A stretch of 64,000 nt of DNA from Rhynchopus sp. YZ270_cl-10 (lineage: Eukaryota), in the NCBI GenBank assembly GCA_964035575.1, contig OZ037834.1:1488001-1552000 (forward strand). Reading direction: 5' to 3'. This document shows, one piece after another, positions 37,135-50,800 of this stretch. The notes beneath the pieces are model-generated. The model did no database searches. It saw only the letters and a program-made list of their open reading frames with translations, and was not told where the DNA came from. The position numbers and the translations under genes were made by a program. Position 1 is the first letter of the stretch; each line of letters begins with the position of its first letter.

Positions 37135-37849
37135 CTCGCACACACCACCTCGCCACTCCCGCGTAACCATCTTGACCGACTGCCAATCGCAAATCAGGGC
37201 GATCAAAGCGGGACCCACATGCGAAAGCAGCCACGCTCCACGACATCTGGACGGAAATCGGGAGACTGACGAGGAATAATATCCACATCATCCTCCAGTA
37301 CGTCCCCAGCCACGCGGGCCTCCAAGGCAACGAAGCCGCCGACACGATGGCGAAACGTTACGCCAAATACCTCCCCCGACAGGAAGAACCCATCGCCCTC
37401 GTGACAGTGGAGGCATCTATCAAGGTAACCACCACCGCCCTGACACCCACACCACCACTGAAGAGCATATACGCGTACGGCGGAAGCACCTCCACCACAC
37501 ACACCAACCTTCTCCGACCTTCCCTCAAGCCCACAACCCTGACGAGACGGGGAGCACGCACCATGCGTCTACTACGCACAGAACGCCACCCGCTCATCTA
37601 CGACCACCACACCTACTCCAAGGTCACGTGCCCCGCCTGCGGGAAATGCGCCGCCTCAATCGTGCACCTTCTCAAATCATGCACCGCAACGACGAAACTC
37701 AGGAAAGCCCACGACCTGAACACCTCTACACCTCACAAGCTCATGCTCCGTGAGCCAGAACGCGTCTTGAGATTCCTCATCGCCGCTGACTTGTCTGAGG
37801 ACAAGGAATCCGACCTTATGGTGATTGTGTTGTGAAGAGGAGAAAGAAA
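37135..37849 (+). mobile_element. Second copy of the LINE RNase H/CCHC 3' fragment
   Basis: Identical to 27545-28259. Confidence 0.8.
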
Positions 37850-38667
37850 GTGAAGTTATTAATGCAGGCACCTCCGACTGACCCACGTACGATGCCAGCC
37901 ATCCGGATGAAAGCACAAGTACCCTGCGGCCAACAACAGAAGATGTAAAAAGGAAACCTAATGACTGGCCCGTACCGTAAGAGAACGAGGGCGGTGCACA
38001 ACCACTCGACAGCCGGCGGCCCACCTTCCGTTGAAGAGTTGTGAGCTTACAGGTACTGCAGTTCGCTGCACCCAACGCTTGATGCACGATAGTCTACACA
38101 AGAGAGCAGAAACCCAAAAACACAAAAAGGGGTGGGCGGGGGGGTCACAACATCTCTCTCTTGGCGCCCCATGCTGTACCGACAGTTGGGCCTCACCCTT
38201 TCTCTTAGGGATATACATGGACGTCCTTACAGGCAGCACACCGTAACCCAAAGGCGTGGCAGAGAGACTCCGTAGAGCCACTCTGGCCTGACCGCTGGCC
38301 ATTTATGCTCCGGGTGCGAGCACCCATCATAGCATAGGGGGGCCAGCCTGACCCAGCATTTATATACCCTGCCAGGGTGAACTTGCATAAAAGAGGGCAG
38401 GGGCGTTTAGACCCTGAGGACTAGGGGAAGTCCCGCATACCCCAACAGAAAGACAAAGGCTATGCACTGGTGATATAGGAGAGGCAGGGTTGCTGAAAAA
38501 CAAAAAGACCCTGAAGGCACAAAAACGCCCCGCATACCCCTCCTCGCCTCCTGTTTTGTAATCTCTCAGGTAGGAGACATCGGTTCGAGCGGTCAACACC
38601 TTCATAGAGTTTCTGGAGGAACGGACCCCCGGATGCAATTTAAGGTCCAGCCCAGGACCTAAAGAAA
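37850..38667. other. 818-bp segment present upstream of copy B but absent upstream of copy A
   Basis: Bounded by AAAGAAA direct repeats (37843-37849, 38661-38667); the A/B alignment offset changes from 9590 to 10408. Confidence 0.8.
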
Positions 38668-38871
38668 AGAAAATTATCACAAGGGGGGTCTGTCTTTTTT
38701 ATTGCAGTTCCCATTAAACACAACAAGTGTTTGGGCAAGAAAAATAACCCTCATCCTTCCACCTCCACCCGTTGTATCATTCTCTTTCAATTCCGAAGAT
38801 ACGAAAGTATTTAAAAATACCTTGCGTCTAAATGAGTTTACAGAGTCGCCGTAAGAAGGGGACACGCCTTG

Positions 38872-41796
38872 TTACCCTAGCCTGGAATGGTGGTAGATAT
38901 GTGGTCCACATGCGGTCGGGAATGCGTGAAATGCGAGAGGGCGTTGCACGCCACACAAGACGTGATGCCAACAGCCGGTTGAAAAACGCACATTCTTATT
39001 TTTTCCTTCTTTTTCTTTGTTCTCTTTTTTTCCCTCAGTTGCTAGTGCGGGGTATGGTTTTAATATAAGAGGACGCATGCAACCTAGGCGATGAGTGAAC
39101 TGCCACATGCCTTTGTAGTCGAACACCACCCAACCTTCGGGACACAACTTGTCCAGCTCGCGTACGAGTTCTGCTGCAGGTTCCCCAGTGACTTCGTTGC
39201 GGATAGTATCGTTGGCATGAGTGGTGGTGAACAGCACGGGTAGTATCCTGTATTTTTTTCCTGACAGGGTCTTTACAATGTCTGCCTCCAAGATCTTGCG
39301 GACGACACGTATGTACGCATCCCGTTCTTTCTCGTTGTTTTCCCTAAGCTGCTTCCGGTTTTTGTGCTGATATGCAAGTATAGTAGGACGTTCGTCACCG
39401 TTCATCCACAGCGGTGCAAGGTAGTCAATCGCCGGCTCTCTGTTATGGCCAGGGTTCACATGTTGTCCCATCAGGAGTGCATGTTCAACCTGATCCGGAA
39501 TATCCTTCAAAAATTTACCTTGTGGCATCTGTTCGACAGGCACACACTTTGCTGTTGCTTTGAGGTAACGGCAATCATACTTAATTATCCCGCCAGGAAA
39601 CCATTCGCAGAGTTGGAGTGCTTGTTTTTTCGATGCGATGCGCGCTGCCACCTCCAAGTTCATAATGACAGACTCCATCGGAGCTCCCTCGCCTAACTGA
39701 ACCGCCCTGTCTGCGAGGAAGACCTTGTTCATAGCTGCGCCAAGGTTGCGCGTTGAATTTTGCAGAGCCCACTGTCTCAGGAGAATTGGCGACAGGCACA
39801 ATTTATCTTCTGCGTCTCGGTAAACAAGGTTCCGTTCCTGCAGGTCTATAGTGGTCTCTGAGTCAATTCCCTCACTAGATGATATCCAGTTCTTGACGAT
39901 ATCGTCAGCAATAGTTACATCAGACAAACCACTACCCTCCACTGCCTTCTCGAACAGCTTCTGGAAGTCTAAGTTCGCCTTATCCACTTGTTGGTCAGCC
40001 TCGAAGTCAAGCGCACAGAAGCCCTCGATAATGTACCGTGGATTGTGTAGCCCAATGTGGAACAGCTGACGAAATGCAGCACTTCTATCGTACAAATCAT
40101 CAAAATTTGGTACAAGGCTTGCAGCAACCGCCTGCAACTTATCTTCAGGGACAGTGGGCACGGCGTAGTAATAAGGTTTTCTGCCAGAAGGGATTGTAAG
40201 CTCATTTCCCCGTTTAGTTGTCAAAGTCGTAAACATAAAGAGTGTGGGCTTCTCTCCTTGCAAGGTGTTCTCTTGATATTTGATAAGTTCACGTACTAGG
40301 TCACAGGCATCGCTTTGAATCAGTAGCTCCAGCAACTCATCGACACACACAACCATCACCTGCTTCGTTCCAGTTTCGTCTGCCTTCATGGCCCCAACTG
40401 CCACCAGCTTTTCCCTCATCAAGTAGTCCACATCTTCTAGCGATGCTACGTGCTGCAAGTCACCAGCGTCTATCCCGTGAAACTGGAGTAATGCTTTCGC
40501 GAACCTGACCTCTACTAACTCTTGCTTATTAATGACAGGCTCAAACCCTTCGTTTCCCGTCACTCGCACGAAGGTAACGGGATGCTCCAAATCGCTTTGC
40601 AGCAGATCGCCCTTGCAAAGCTCCACACAGAGTCTCGTTTTGCCTTTCCCCATGGCACCCTTTATGAGGAGGACTTTACGACCCTTGCCGTTTGGACTCA
40701 AGGTTGCGTCTGCAGGTAGCTTGCCGATGCAGGAAAGGATATAAGTTGATATCACGTTGAGGCTATCATCTGCGTAATACATTTTTGGCTGCATCTTGCG
40801 AATGCCTCTCCCTTGGGTCTCATACTTGAAATCCTTTTGGTGCGTGTTTGGATTCATATCGTCTCGCCACCTACCTAGGATCTCTGTGAGCAATACTGTA
40901 TGGGCTTGACCTAGCACTGCGAGTGCGTCCTTTTTCCTCCGGTTCTTGGGAAGAGACACCCCCAGCGCCTTAGCTCTTGTGAGATGCTCCGTTGTGATGC
41001 GCGTGGGACAACTGGAGATTTTTGTTGCAAGGTCTCGAAGACTCTCTCTCCTCTTTAGAAGTCCGTTCCGTGTGTCCGGCAGTCCATCACCACCCTGCTG
41101 TTGAGCTTCCATCGCCAACCTCTGCATGTCCGCTGTAATCTGCTTCTGCACATCTGTAATCTGCTTCTGCAGCTCTAACACAGAATCGCCATTTTTCTGT
41201 AAGTGTGTGGAAATATGAATGTACAAAACTAGAAACAACAAAATAACAACAAAGTTGCACCACACTGTGCATCTCCACTGCCGACATTGCAACCCCAACA
41301 CACACACGTTGCGAATGGGTCATGCTAGAATAATAAAATAAAAATGGGTGCGGAAAGCAAGTAGACCACGCGCCGTGCCTCCAAAAGGCCCGAGGTTCCC
41401 TACGCCACACAGACAGTACAATCACATCTAATGACTCAACTCAAAGGTTAAGTAAATAGAAACTACAAAGAGTTCTACACGACACACACATGTTGCGAAT
41501 GGTCATGCTAGACAGATAAAATAAAAAATAGGTGTGGAAAGCAAGGGTCATACCGTCTTATCCACCTTTAGCTTGACGATCTTGGCGGCGATCTTCTGCG
41601 AATCTGGCTTGCCGTCGAGAAGGACACCCGTAATGCCAGCATCCTTCCACTGCTGTGCATTGTATGAATTCGGATCGTCCTCGTAGCCTTCAAGCAATGC
41701 AACACCAAGAGTCAGTACGCGCTCCTTCTCCATCCGTTCAGTAACTTCCCTCCTGGCCTCTGCTGTAGGTTCATCTGGATCAGGAACAGCAGGCAT
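38872..41796 (-). CDS. Crinkler/RHS-like protein copy C: diverged header and linker + P-loop NTPase + REase, ~855 aa; exons 41796-41554 and 41196-38872
   Basis: Body nearly identical to B (offset 4812); header carries several substitutions; distinct linker KNGDSVLELQKQITDVQKQITADM. Confidence 0.82.
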
Positions 41797-41874
41797 TTTT
41801 GGGGAAAGGGAAAGCGGTTCGGGGTATATGAGGGGAAAAGGGGTTACGTTTCCTGTTGGCGTAATGGTACAGGA

Positions 41875-44800
41875 CGTTTCAACGCGCCTGTTACAACTCG
41901 TGTGTTCTCACGCATCCGTTCTAACGCATCCGTTCTAAGGCGTCCGTTCTAACGCGTATGTTCTAACGCATCCGTTCTAACGCGTATGTTCTAACGCATC
42001 CGTTCTAACGCGTACGTTCTCACGCATCCGTTCTCACGCATCCGTTCTAACGCGTACGTTCTAACGCATCCGTTCCAACGCATCCGTTCTCACGCATCCG
42101 TTCTAACGCATCCGTTCTAACGCGTACGTTCTAAAGCATCCGTTCTAACGCATCCGTTCTAACGCATCCGTTCTATCGCGTACGTTCTAACGAGTACGTT
42201 CTCACGCATCCGTTCTAACGCGTATGTTCTAACGCATCCGTTCTAACGCGTACGTTCTCACGCGTCCCTTCTCACGCATCCGTTCTAAAGCATCCGTTCT
42301 AACGCATCCGTTCTATCGCGTACGTTCTAACGAGTACGTTCTCACGCATCCGTTCTAACGCGTATGTTCTCACGCATCCGTTCTAACGCATCCGTTCCAA
42401 CGCATCCGTTCTAACGCATCCGTTCTAACGCATCCGTTCTAACGCATCCGTTCTAACGCATCCGTTCCAACGCATCCGTTCTAACGCATCCGTTCTAACG
42501 CATCCGTTCTAACGCATCCGTTCTAACGCATCCGTTCTAACGCATCCGTTCTCACGCATCCGTTCTAACGCATCCGTTCCAACGCATCCGTTCTAACGCA
42601 TCCGTTCTAACGCATACGTTCTAACGCATACGTTCCAACGCATCCGTTCCAACGCATCCGTTCTAACGCATCCGTTCTAACGCATCCGTTCTCACGCATC
42701 CGTTCCAACGCGTCCCTTCTCACGCATCCGTTCTAAAGCATCCGTTCTAACGCATCCGTTCTAACGCATCCGTTCTAACGCATCCGTTCTAACGCATCCG
42801 TTCCAACGCGTCCCTTCTCACGCATCCGTTCTAAAGCATCCGTTCTAACGCATCCGTTCTAACGCATCCGTTCTAACGCATCCGTTCTCGCGCATCCGTT
42901 CTAACGCATCCGTTCTAACGCGTCCGTTCTAACGCATCCGTTCTATCGCGTACGTTCTAACGCATCCGTTCTAACGCGTCCGTTCTAACGCATCCGTTCT
43001 AACGCGTATGTTCTAACGCATCCGTTCTCACGCATCCGTTCTAACGCAGCCGTTCTAACGCGTACGTTCTAACGCATCCGTTCCAACGCATCCGTTCTAT
43101 CGCGTACGTTCTAACGCATCCGTTCTAACGCGTATGTTCTAACGCATCCGTTCTAACGCATCCGTTCTAACGCGTATGTTCTAACGCATCCGTTCTAACG
43201 AGTATGTTCTAACGCATCCGTTCTATCGCGTACGTTCTCACGCATCCGTTCTAACGCGTACGTTCTCACGCATCCGTCCCAACGCATCCGTTCTCACGCA
43301 TCCGTTCTAACGCATCCGTTCTATCGCGTACGTTCTAACGCGTACGTTCTCACGCATCCGTCCCAACGCATCCGTTCTCACGCATCCGTTCTAACGCATC
43401 CGTTCTATCGCGTACGTTCTAACGCATCCGTTCTAACGCGTACGTTCTCACGCATCCGTCCCAACGCATCCGTTCTCACGCATCCGTTCTAACGCATCCG
43501 TTCTATCGCGTACGTTCTAACGCATCCGTTCTAACGCGTACGTTCTAACGCATCCGTTCCAACGCATCCGTTCTATCGCGTATGTTCTAACGCATCCGTT
43601 CTAACGCGTACGTTCTAACGCATCCGTTCTAACGCATCCGTTCTATCGCGTACGTTCTAACGCAGCCGTTCTAACGCATCCGTTCTATCGCGTACGTTCT
43701 CACGCATCCGTTCTAACGCGTATGTTCTAACGCATCCGTTCTAACGCGTACGTTCTAACGCATCCGTTCTAACGCATCCGTTCTATCGCGTACGTTCTCA
43801 CGCATCCGTTCTAACGCGTACGTTCTAACGCATCCGTTCTAACGCATCCGTTCTATCGCGTACGTTCTCACGCATCCGTTCTAACGCATCCGTTCTAACG
43901 CATCCGTTCTATCGCGTACGTTCTAACGCATCCGTTCTAACGCATCCGTTCTAACGCGTACGTTCTAACGCAGCCGTTCTAACGCATCCGTTCTCACGCA
44001 TCCGTTCTAACGCGTATGTTCTAACGCATCCGTTCTAACGCGTACGTTCTCACGCATCCGTCCCAACGCATCCGTTCTCACGCATCCGTTCTAACGCATC
44101 CGTTCTATCGCGTACGTTCTAACGCATCCGTTCTAACGCGTACGTTCTAACGCATCCGTTCCAACGCATCCGTTCTATCGCGTATGTTCTAACGCATCCG
44201 TTCTAACGCGTACGTTCTAACGCATCCGTTCTAACGCATCCGTTCTATCGCGTACGTTCTAACGCAGCCGTTCTAACGCATCCGTTCTATCGCGTACGTT
44301 CTCACGCATCCGTTCTAACGCGTACGTTCTAACGCATCCGTTCTAACGCATCCGTTCTATCGCGTACGTTCTCACGCATCCGTTCTAACGCGTACGTTCT
44401 AACGCATCCGTTCTCACGCATCCGTTCTATCGCGTACGTTCTCACGCATCCGTTCTAACGCGTACGTTCTAACGCATCCGTTCTAACGCAGCCGTTCTAT
44501 CGCGTACGTTCTAACGCATCCGTTCTAACGCATCCGTTCTAACGCGTACGTTCTAACGCAGCCGTTCTAACGCATCCGTTCTCACGCATCCGTTCTAACG
44601 CGTACGTTCTAACGCATCCGTTCTAACGCATCCGTTCTATCGCGTACGTTCTCACGCATCCGTTCTAACGCGTATGTTCTAACGCATCCGTTCTAACGCG
44701 TACGTTCTAACGCATCCGTTCTAACGCATCCGTTCTATCGCGTACGTTCTCACGCATCCGTTCTAACGCGTACGTTCTAACGCATCCGTTCCAACGCATC

Positions 44801-47800
44801 CGTTCTAACGCATCCGTTCTAACGCGTCCGTTCTAACGCATCCGTTCTATCGCGTACGTTCTAACGCATCCGTTCTAACGCATCCGTTCCAACGCATCCG
44901 TTCTAACGCGTCCGTTCCAACGCATCCGTTCTAACGCATCCGTTCTCACGCATCCGTTCTCACGCATCCGTTCTAACGCATCCGTTCTAACGCGTACGTT
45001 CTAACGCATCCGTTCTCACGCATCCGTTCTAACGCATCCGTTCTAACGCATCCGTTCTAACGCATCCGTTCTATCGCGTACGTTCTAACGCGTCCGTTCT
45101 AACGCATCCGTTCTATCGCGTACGTTCTAACGCATCCGTTCTAACGCATCCGTTCTAACGCGTACGTTCTAACGCAGCCGTTCTAACGCATCCGTTCTAA
45201 AGCATCCGTTCTAACGCATCCGTTCTATCGCGTACGTTCTAACGCATCCGTTCTAACGCGTACGTTCTCAAGCATCCGTTCTAACGCATCCGTTCTAACG
45301 CATCCGTTCCAACGCGTCCCTTCTCACGCATCCGTTCTCACGCATCCGTTCTAACGCATCCGTTCTAACGCATCCGTTCTAACGCATCCGTTCTAACGCA
45401 TCCGTTCCAACGCGTCCCTTCTCACGCATCCGTTCTAACGCATCCGTTCTAACGCGTACGTTCTCACGCATCCGTTCCAACGCATCCGTTCTAACGCGTC
45501 CGTTCTAATGCATCCGTTCTAACGCATACGTTCTAACGCATCCGTTCTCACGCATCCGTTCTAACGCGTACGTTCTCACGCATCCGTTCTAACGCATCCG
45601 TTGTAACGCATCCGTTCCAACGCGTCCGTTCTAACGCATCCGTTCTAACGCGTACGTTCTAACGCATCCGTTCTAACGCATCCGTTCTAACGCGTACGTT
45701 CTCACGCATCCGTTCTAACGCATCCGTTCTAACGCATCCGTTCCAACGCGTCCCTTCTCACGCATCCGTTCTCACGCATCCGTTCTAACGCATCCGTTCT
45801 AACGCATCCGTTCTAACGCATCCGTTCCAACGCGTCCCTTCTCACGCATCCGTTCTAACGCATCCGTTCTAACGCGTACGTTCTCACGCATCCGTTCCAA
45901 CGCATCCGTTCTAACGCGTCCGTTCTAACGCATCCGTTCTAACGCATCCGTTCTAACGCATCCGTTCTAACGCGTCCGTTCTAACGCATCCGTTCTAACG
46001 CATCCGTTCTAACGCATCAGTTCTCACGCATCCGTTCTAACGCATCCGTTCTCACGCATCCGTTCTAACGCATCCGTTCTAACGCGTCCGTTCTAACGCA
46101 TCCGTTCTAACGCATCCGTTCTAACGCATCCGTTCCAACGCGTCCGTTCTAACGCATCCGTTCTAACGCGTACGTTCTAACGCATCCGTTCTAACGCATC
46201 TGTTCTAACGCGTACGTTCTAACGCATCCGTTCTAACGCATCCGTTCTAACGCGTACGTTCTAACGCATCCGTTCTAACGAGTACGTTCTCACGCATCCG
46301 TTCTAACGCATCCGTTCTTACGCATCCGTTCTAACGCATCCGTTCTAAAGCATCCGTTCTCACGCATCCGTTCCAACGCGTACGTTCTCACGCATCCGTT
46401 CTAACGCATCCGTTCCAACGCGTCCCTTCTCACGCATCCGTTCTAAAGCATCCGTTCTAACGCATCCGTTCTAACGCATCCGTTCTAACGCATCCGTTCT
46501 AACGCATCCGTTCTCACGCATCCGTTCTAACGCGTACGTTCTAACGCATCCGTTCTCACGCATCCGTTCTAACGCATCCGTTCTAACGCATCCGTTCTAA
46601 CGCATCCGTTCTAACGCATCCGTTCTAACGCATCCGTTCTAACGCATCCGTTCCAACGCGTCCCTTCTCACGCATCCGTTCTAACGCATCCGTTCTAACG
46701 CGTACGTTCTCACGCATCCGTTCCAACGCATCCGTTCTAACGCGTCCGTTCTAACGCATCCGTTCTAACGCATCCGTTCTAACGCATCCGTTCTAACGCG
46801 TCCGTTCTAACGCATCCGTTCTAACGCATCCGTTCTAACGCATCCGTTCTCACGCGTACGTTCTAACGCATCCGTTCTCACGCATCCGTTCTAACGCGTA
46901 CGTTCTCACGCATCCGTTCTAACGCATCCGTTGTAACGCATCCGTTCCAACGCGTCCGTTCTAACGCATCCGTTCTAACGCGTACGTTCTAACGCATCCG
47001 TTCTAACGCATCTGTTCTAACGCATCCGTTCTAACGCGTACGTTCTCACGCATCCGTTCTAACGCATCCGTTCTTACGCATCCGTTCTAACGCATCCGTT
47101 CTAAAGCATCCGTTCTCACGCATCCGTTCCAACGCGTACGTTCTCACGCATCCGTTCTAACGCATCCGTTCTAACGCGTACGTTCTCACGCATCCGTTCC
47201 AACGCATCCGTTCTAACGCGTCCGTTCTAACGCATCCGTTCTAACGCATCCGTTCTAACGCGTATGTTCTAACGCATCCGTTCTAACGCGTACGTTCCAA
47301 CGCATCCGTTCTAACGCATCCGTTCTAACGCATCCGTTCTAACGCAGCCGTTCTAACGCGTACGTTCTAACGCATCCGTTCCAACGCATCCGTTCTATCG
47401 CGTACGTTCTATCGCGTACGTTCTAACGCATCCGTTCTAACGCATCCGTTCTAAAGCATCCGTTCTAACGCATCCGTTCTAACGCATCCGTTCCAACGCA
47501 TCCGTTCTAACGCATCCGTTCTAACGCATCCGTTCTAACGCATCCGTTCTAACGCATCCGTTCCAACGCATCCGTTCTCACGCATCCGTTCTAACGCGTA
47601 CGTTCTAACGCATCCGTTCTCACGCATCCGTTCTAACGCAGCCGTTCTAACGCGTACGTTCTAACGCATCCGTTCTCACGCATCCGTTCTAACGCAGCCG
47701 TTCTAACGCGTACGTTCTAACGCATCCGTTCTAACGCATCCGTTCTAACGCAGCCGTTCCAACGCATCCGTTCTAACGCATCCGTTCTAACGCGTCCGTT

Positions 47801-50800
47801 GTAACGCATCCGTTCTAACGCATCCGTTCTAACGCGTACGTTCTAACGCATCCGTTCCAACGCGTCCCTTCTCACGCATCCGTTCTAAAGCATCCGTTCT
47901 AACGCATCCGTTCTAACGCATCCGTTCTAACGCATCCGTTCTAACGCGTCCGTTGTAACGCATCCGTTCTAACGCATCCGTTCTAACGCGTACGTTCTAA
48001 CGCATCCGTTCTCACGCATCCGTTCTAACGCATCCGTTCTAACGCATCCGTTCTAACGCGTACGTTCTAACGCATCCGTTCTAACGCATCCGTTCTAACG
48101 CAGCCGTTCTAACGCGTACGTTCTCACGCATCCGTTCTAACGCATCCGTTGTAACGCATCCGTTCTAACGCATCCGTTCTAACGCATCCGTTCTAACGCA
48201 TCCGTTCTAACGCATCCGTTCCAACGCGTCCCTTCTCACGCATCCGTTCTCACGCATCCGTTCTAACGCATCCGTTCTAACGCATCCGTTCTAACGCATC
48301 CGTTCTAACGCATCCGTTCTAACGCGTCCCTTCTCACGCATCCGTTCTAACGCATCCGTTCTAACGCGTACGTTCTCACGCATCCGTTCTAACGCATCCG
48401 TTCTAACGCGTCCCTTCTCACGCATCCGTTCTCACGCATCCGTTCTAACGCATCCGTTCTAACGCATCCGTTCTAACGCATCCGTTCTAACGCATCCGTT
48501 CTAACGCATCCGTTCTAACGCATCCGTTCCAACGCGTCCCTTCTCACGCATCCGTTCTCACGCATCCGTTCTAACGCATCCGTTCTAACGCATCCGTTCT
48601 AACGCGTCCCTTCTCACGCATCCGTTCTCACGCATCCGTTCTAACGCATCCGTTCTAACGCATCCGTTCTAACGCATCCGTTCTAACGCATCCGTTCCAA
48701 CGCGTCCCTTCTCACGCATCCGTTCTAACGCATCCGTTCTAACGCGTACGTTCTCACGCATCCGTTCCAACGCATCCGTTCTAACGCGTCCGTTCTAACG
48801 CATACGTTCTAACGCATCCGTTCTCACGCATCCGTTCTAACGCATCCGTTCTAACGCATCCGTTCTAACGCATACGTTCTAACGCATCCGTTCTCACGCA
48901 TCCGTTCTAACGCGTACGTTCTCACGCATCCGTTCTAACGCATCCGTTGTAACGCATCCGTTCCAACGCGTCCGTTCTAACGCATCCGTTCTAACGCATC
49001 CGTTCTAACGCATACGTTCTAACGCATCCGTTCTCACGCATCCGTTCTAACGCATCCTTTCTAACGCATCCGTTCTAACGCGTACGTTCTCACGCATCCG
49101 TTCTAACGCATCCGTTCTAACGCATACGTTCCAACGCGTCCCTTCTCACGCATCCGTTCTCACGCATCCGTTCTAACGCATCCGTTCTAACGCATCCGTT
49201 CTAACGCATCCGTTCCAACGCGTCCCTTCTCACGCATCCGTTCTAACGCATCCGTTCTAACGCGTACGTTCTCACGCATCCGTTCTATCGCGTACGTTCT
49301 CACGCATCCGTTCCAACGCATCCGTTCTAACGCATCCGTTCTAACGCGTCCGTTCTAACGCATCCGTTCTATCGCGTACGTTCTAACGCATCCGTTCTAA
49401 CGCATCCGTTCCAACGCATCCGTTCTAACGCGTCCGTTCCAACGCATCCGTTCTAACGCATCCGTTCTCACGCATCCGTTCTCACGCATCCGTTCTAACG
49501 CATCCGTTCTAACGCGTACGTTCTAACGCATCCGTTCTCACGCATCCGTTCTAACGCATCCGTTCTAACGCATCCGTTCTAACGCAGCCGTTCTATCGCG
49601 TACGTTCTAACGCATCCGTTCTAACGCATCCGTTCTAACGCGTACGTTCTAACGCAGCCGTTCTAACGCATCCGTTCTAAAGCATCCGTTCTAACGCATC
49701 CGTTCTATCGCGTACGTTCTAACGCATCCGTTCTAACGCGTACGTTCTCAAGCATCCGTTCTAACGCATCCGTTCTAACGCATCCGTTCCAACGCGTCCC
49801 TTCTCACGCATCCGTTCTCACGCATCCGTTCTAACGCATCCGTTCTAACGCATCCGTTCTAACGCATCCGTTCTAACGCATCCGTTCCAACGCGTCCCTT
49901 CTCACGCATCCGTTCTAACGCATCCGTTCTAACGCGTACGTTCTCACGCATCCGTTCCAACGCATCCGTTCTAACGCGTCCGTTCTAACGCATACGTTCT
50001 AACGCATCCGTTCTCACGCATCCGTTCTAACGCATCCGTTCTAACGCATCCGTTCTAACGCATACGTTCTAACGCATCCGTTCTCACGCATCCGTTCTAA
50101 CGCGTACGTTCTCACGCATCCGTTCTAACGCATCCGTTGTAACGCATCCGTTCCAACGCGTCCGTTCTAACGCATCCGTTCTAACGCATCCGTTCTAACG
50201 CATCCGTTCTAACGCATCCGTTCTATCGCGTACGTTCTAACGCATCCGTTCTAACGCATCCGTTCTAACGCGTACGTTCTCACGCATCCGTTCTAACGCA
50301 TCCGTTCTAACGCATACGTTCCAACGCGTCCCTTCTCACGCATCCGTTCTCACGCATCCGTTCTAACGCATCCGTTCTAACGCATCCGTTCTAACGCATC
50401 CGTTCCAACGCGTCCCTTCTCACGCATCCGTTCTAACGCATCCGTTCTAACGCGTACGTTCTCACGCATCCGTTCCAACGCATCCGTTCTAACGCGTCCG
50501 TTCTAACGCATCCGTTCTAACGCATCCGTTCTAACGCATCCGTTCTAACGCGTCCGTTCTAACGCATCCGTTCTAACGCATCCGTTCTAACGCATCAGTT
50601 CTAACGCATCCGTTCTCACGCATCCGTTCCAACGCATCCGTTCTAACGCGTACGTTCTCACGCATCCGTTCCAACGCATCCGTTCTAACGCGTCCGTTCT
50701 AACGCATCCGTTCTAACGCATCCGTTCTAACGCATCCGTTCTCACGCATCCGTTCTAACGCGTACGTTCTCACGCATCCGTTCTAACGCATCCGTTGTAA

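Noticed and set aside
34024..41307. Bacterial restriction or anti-phage system, or contamination
   Set aside because: The genes have spliceosomal introns, sit among eukaryotic transposons and have no methylase or operon partners.
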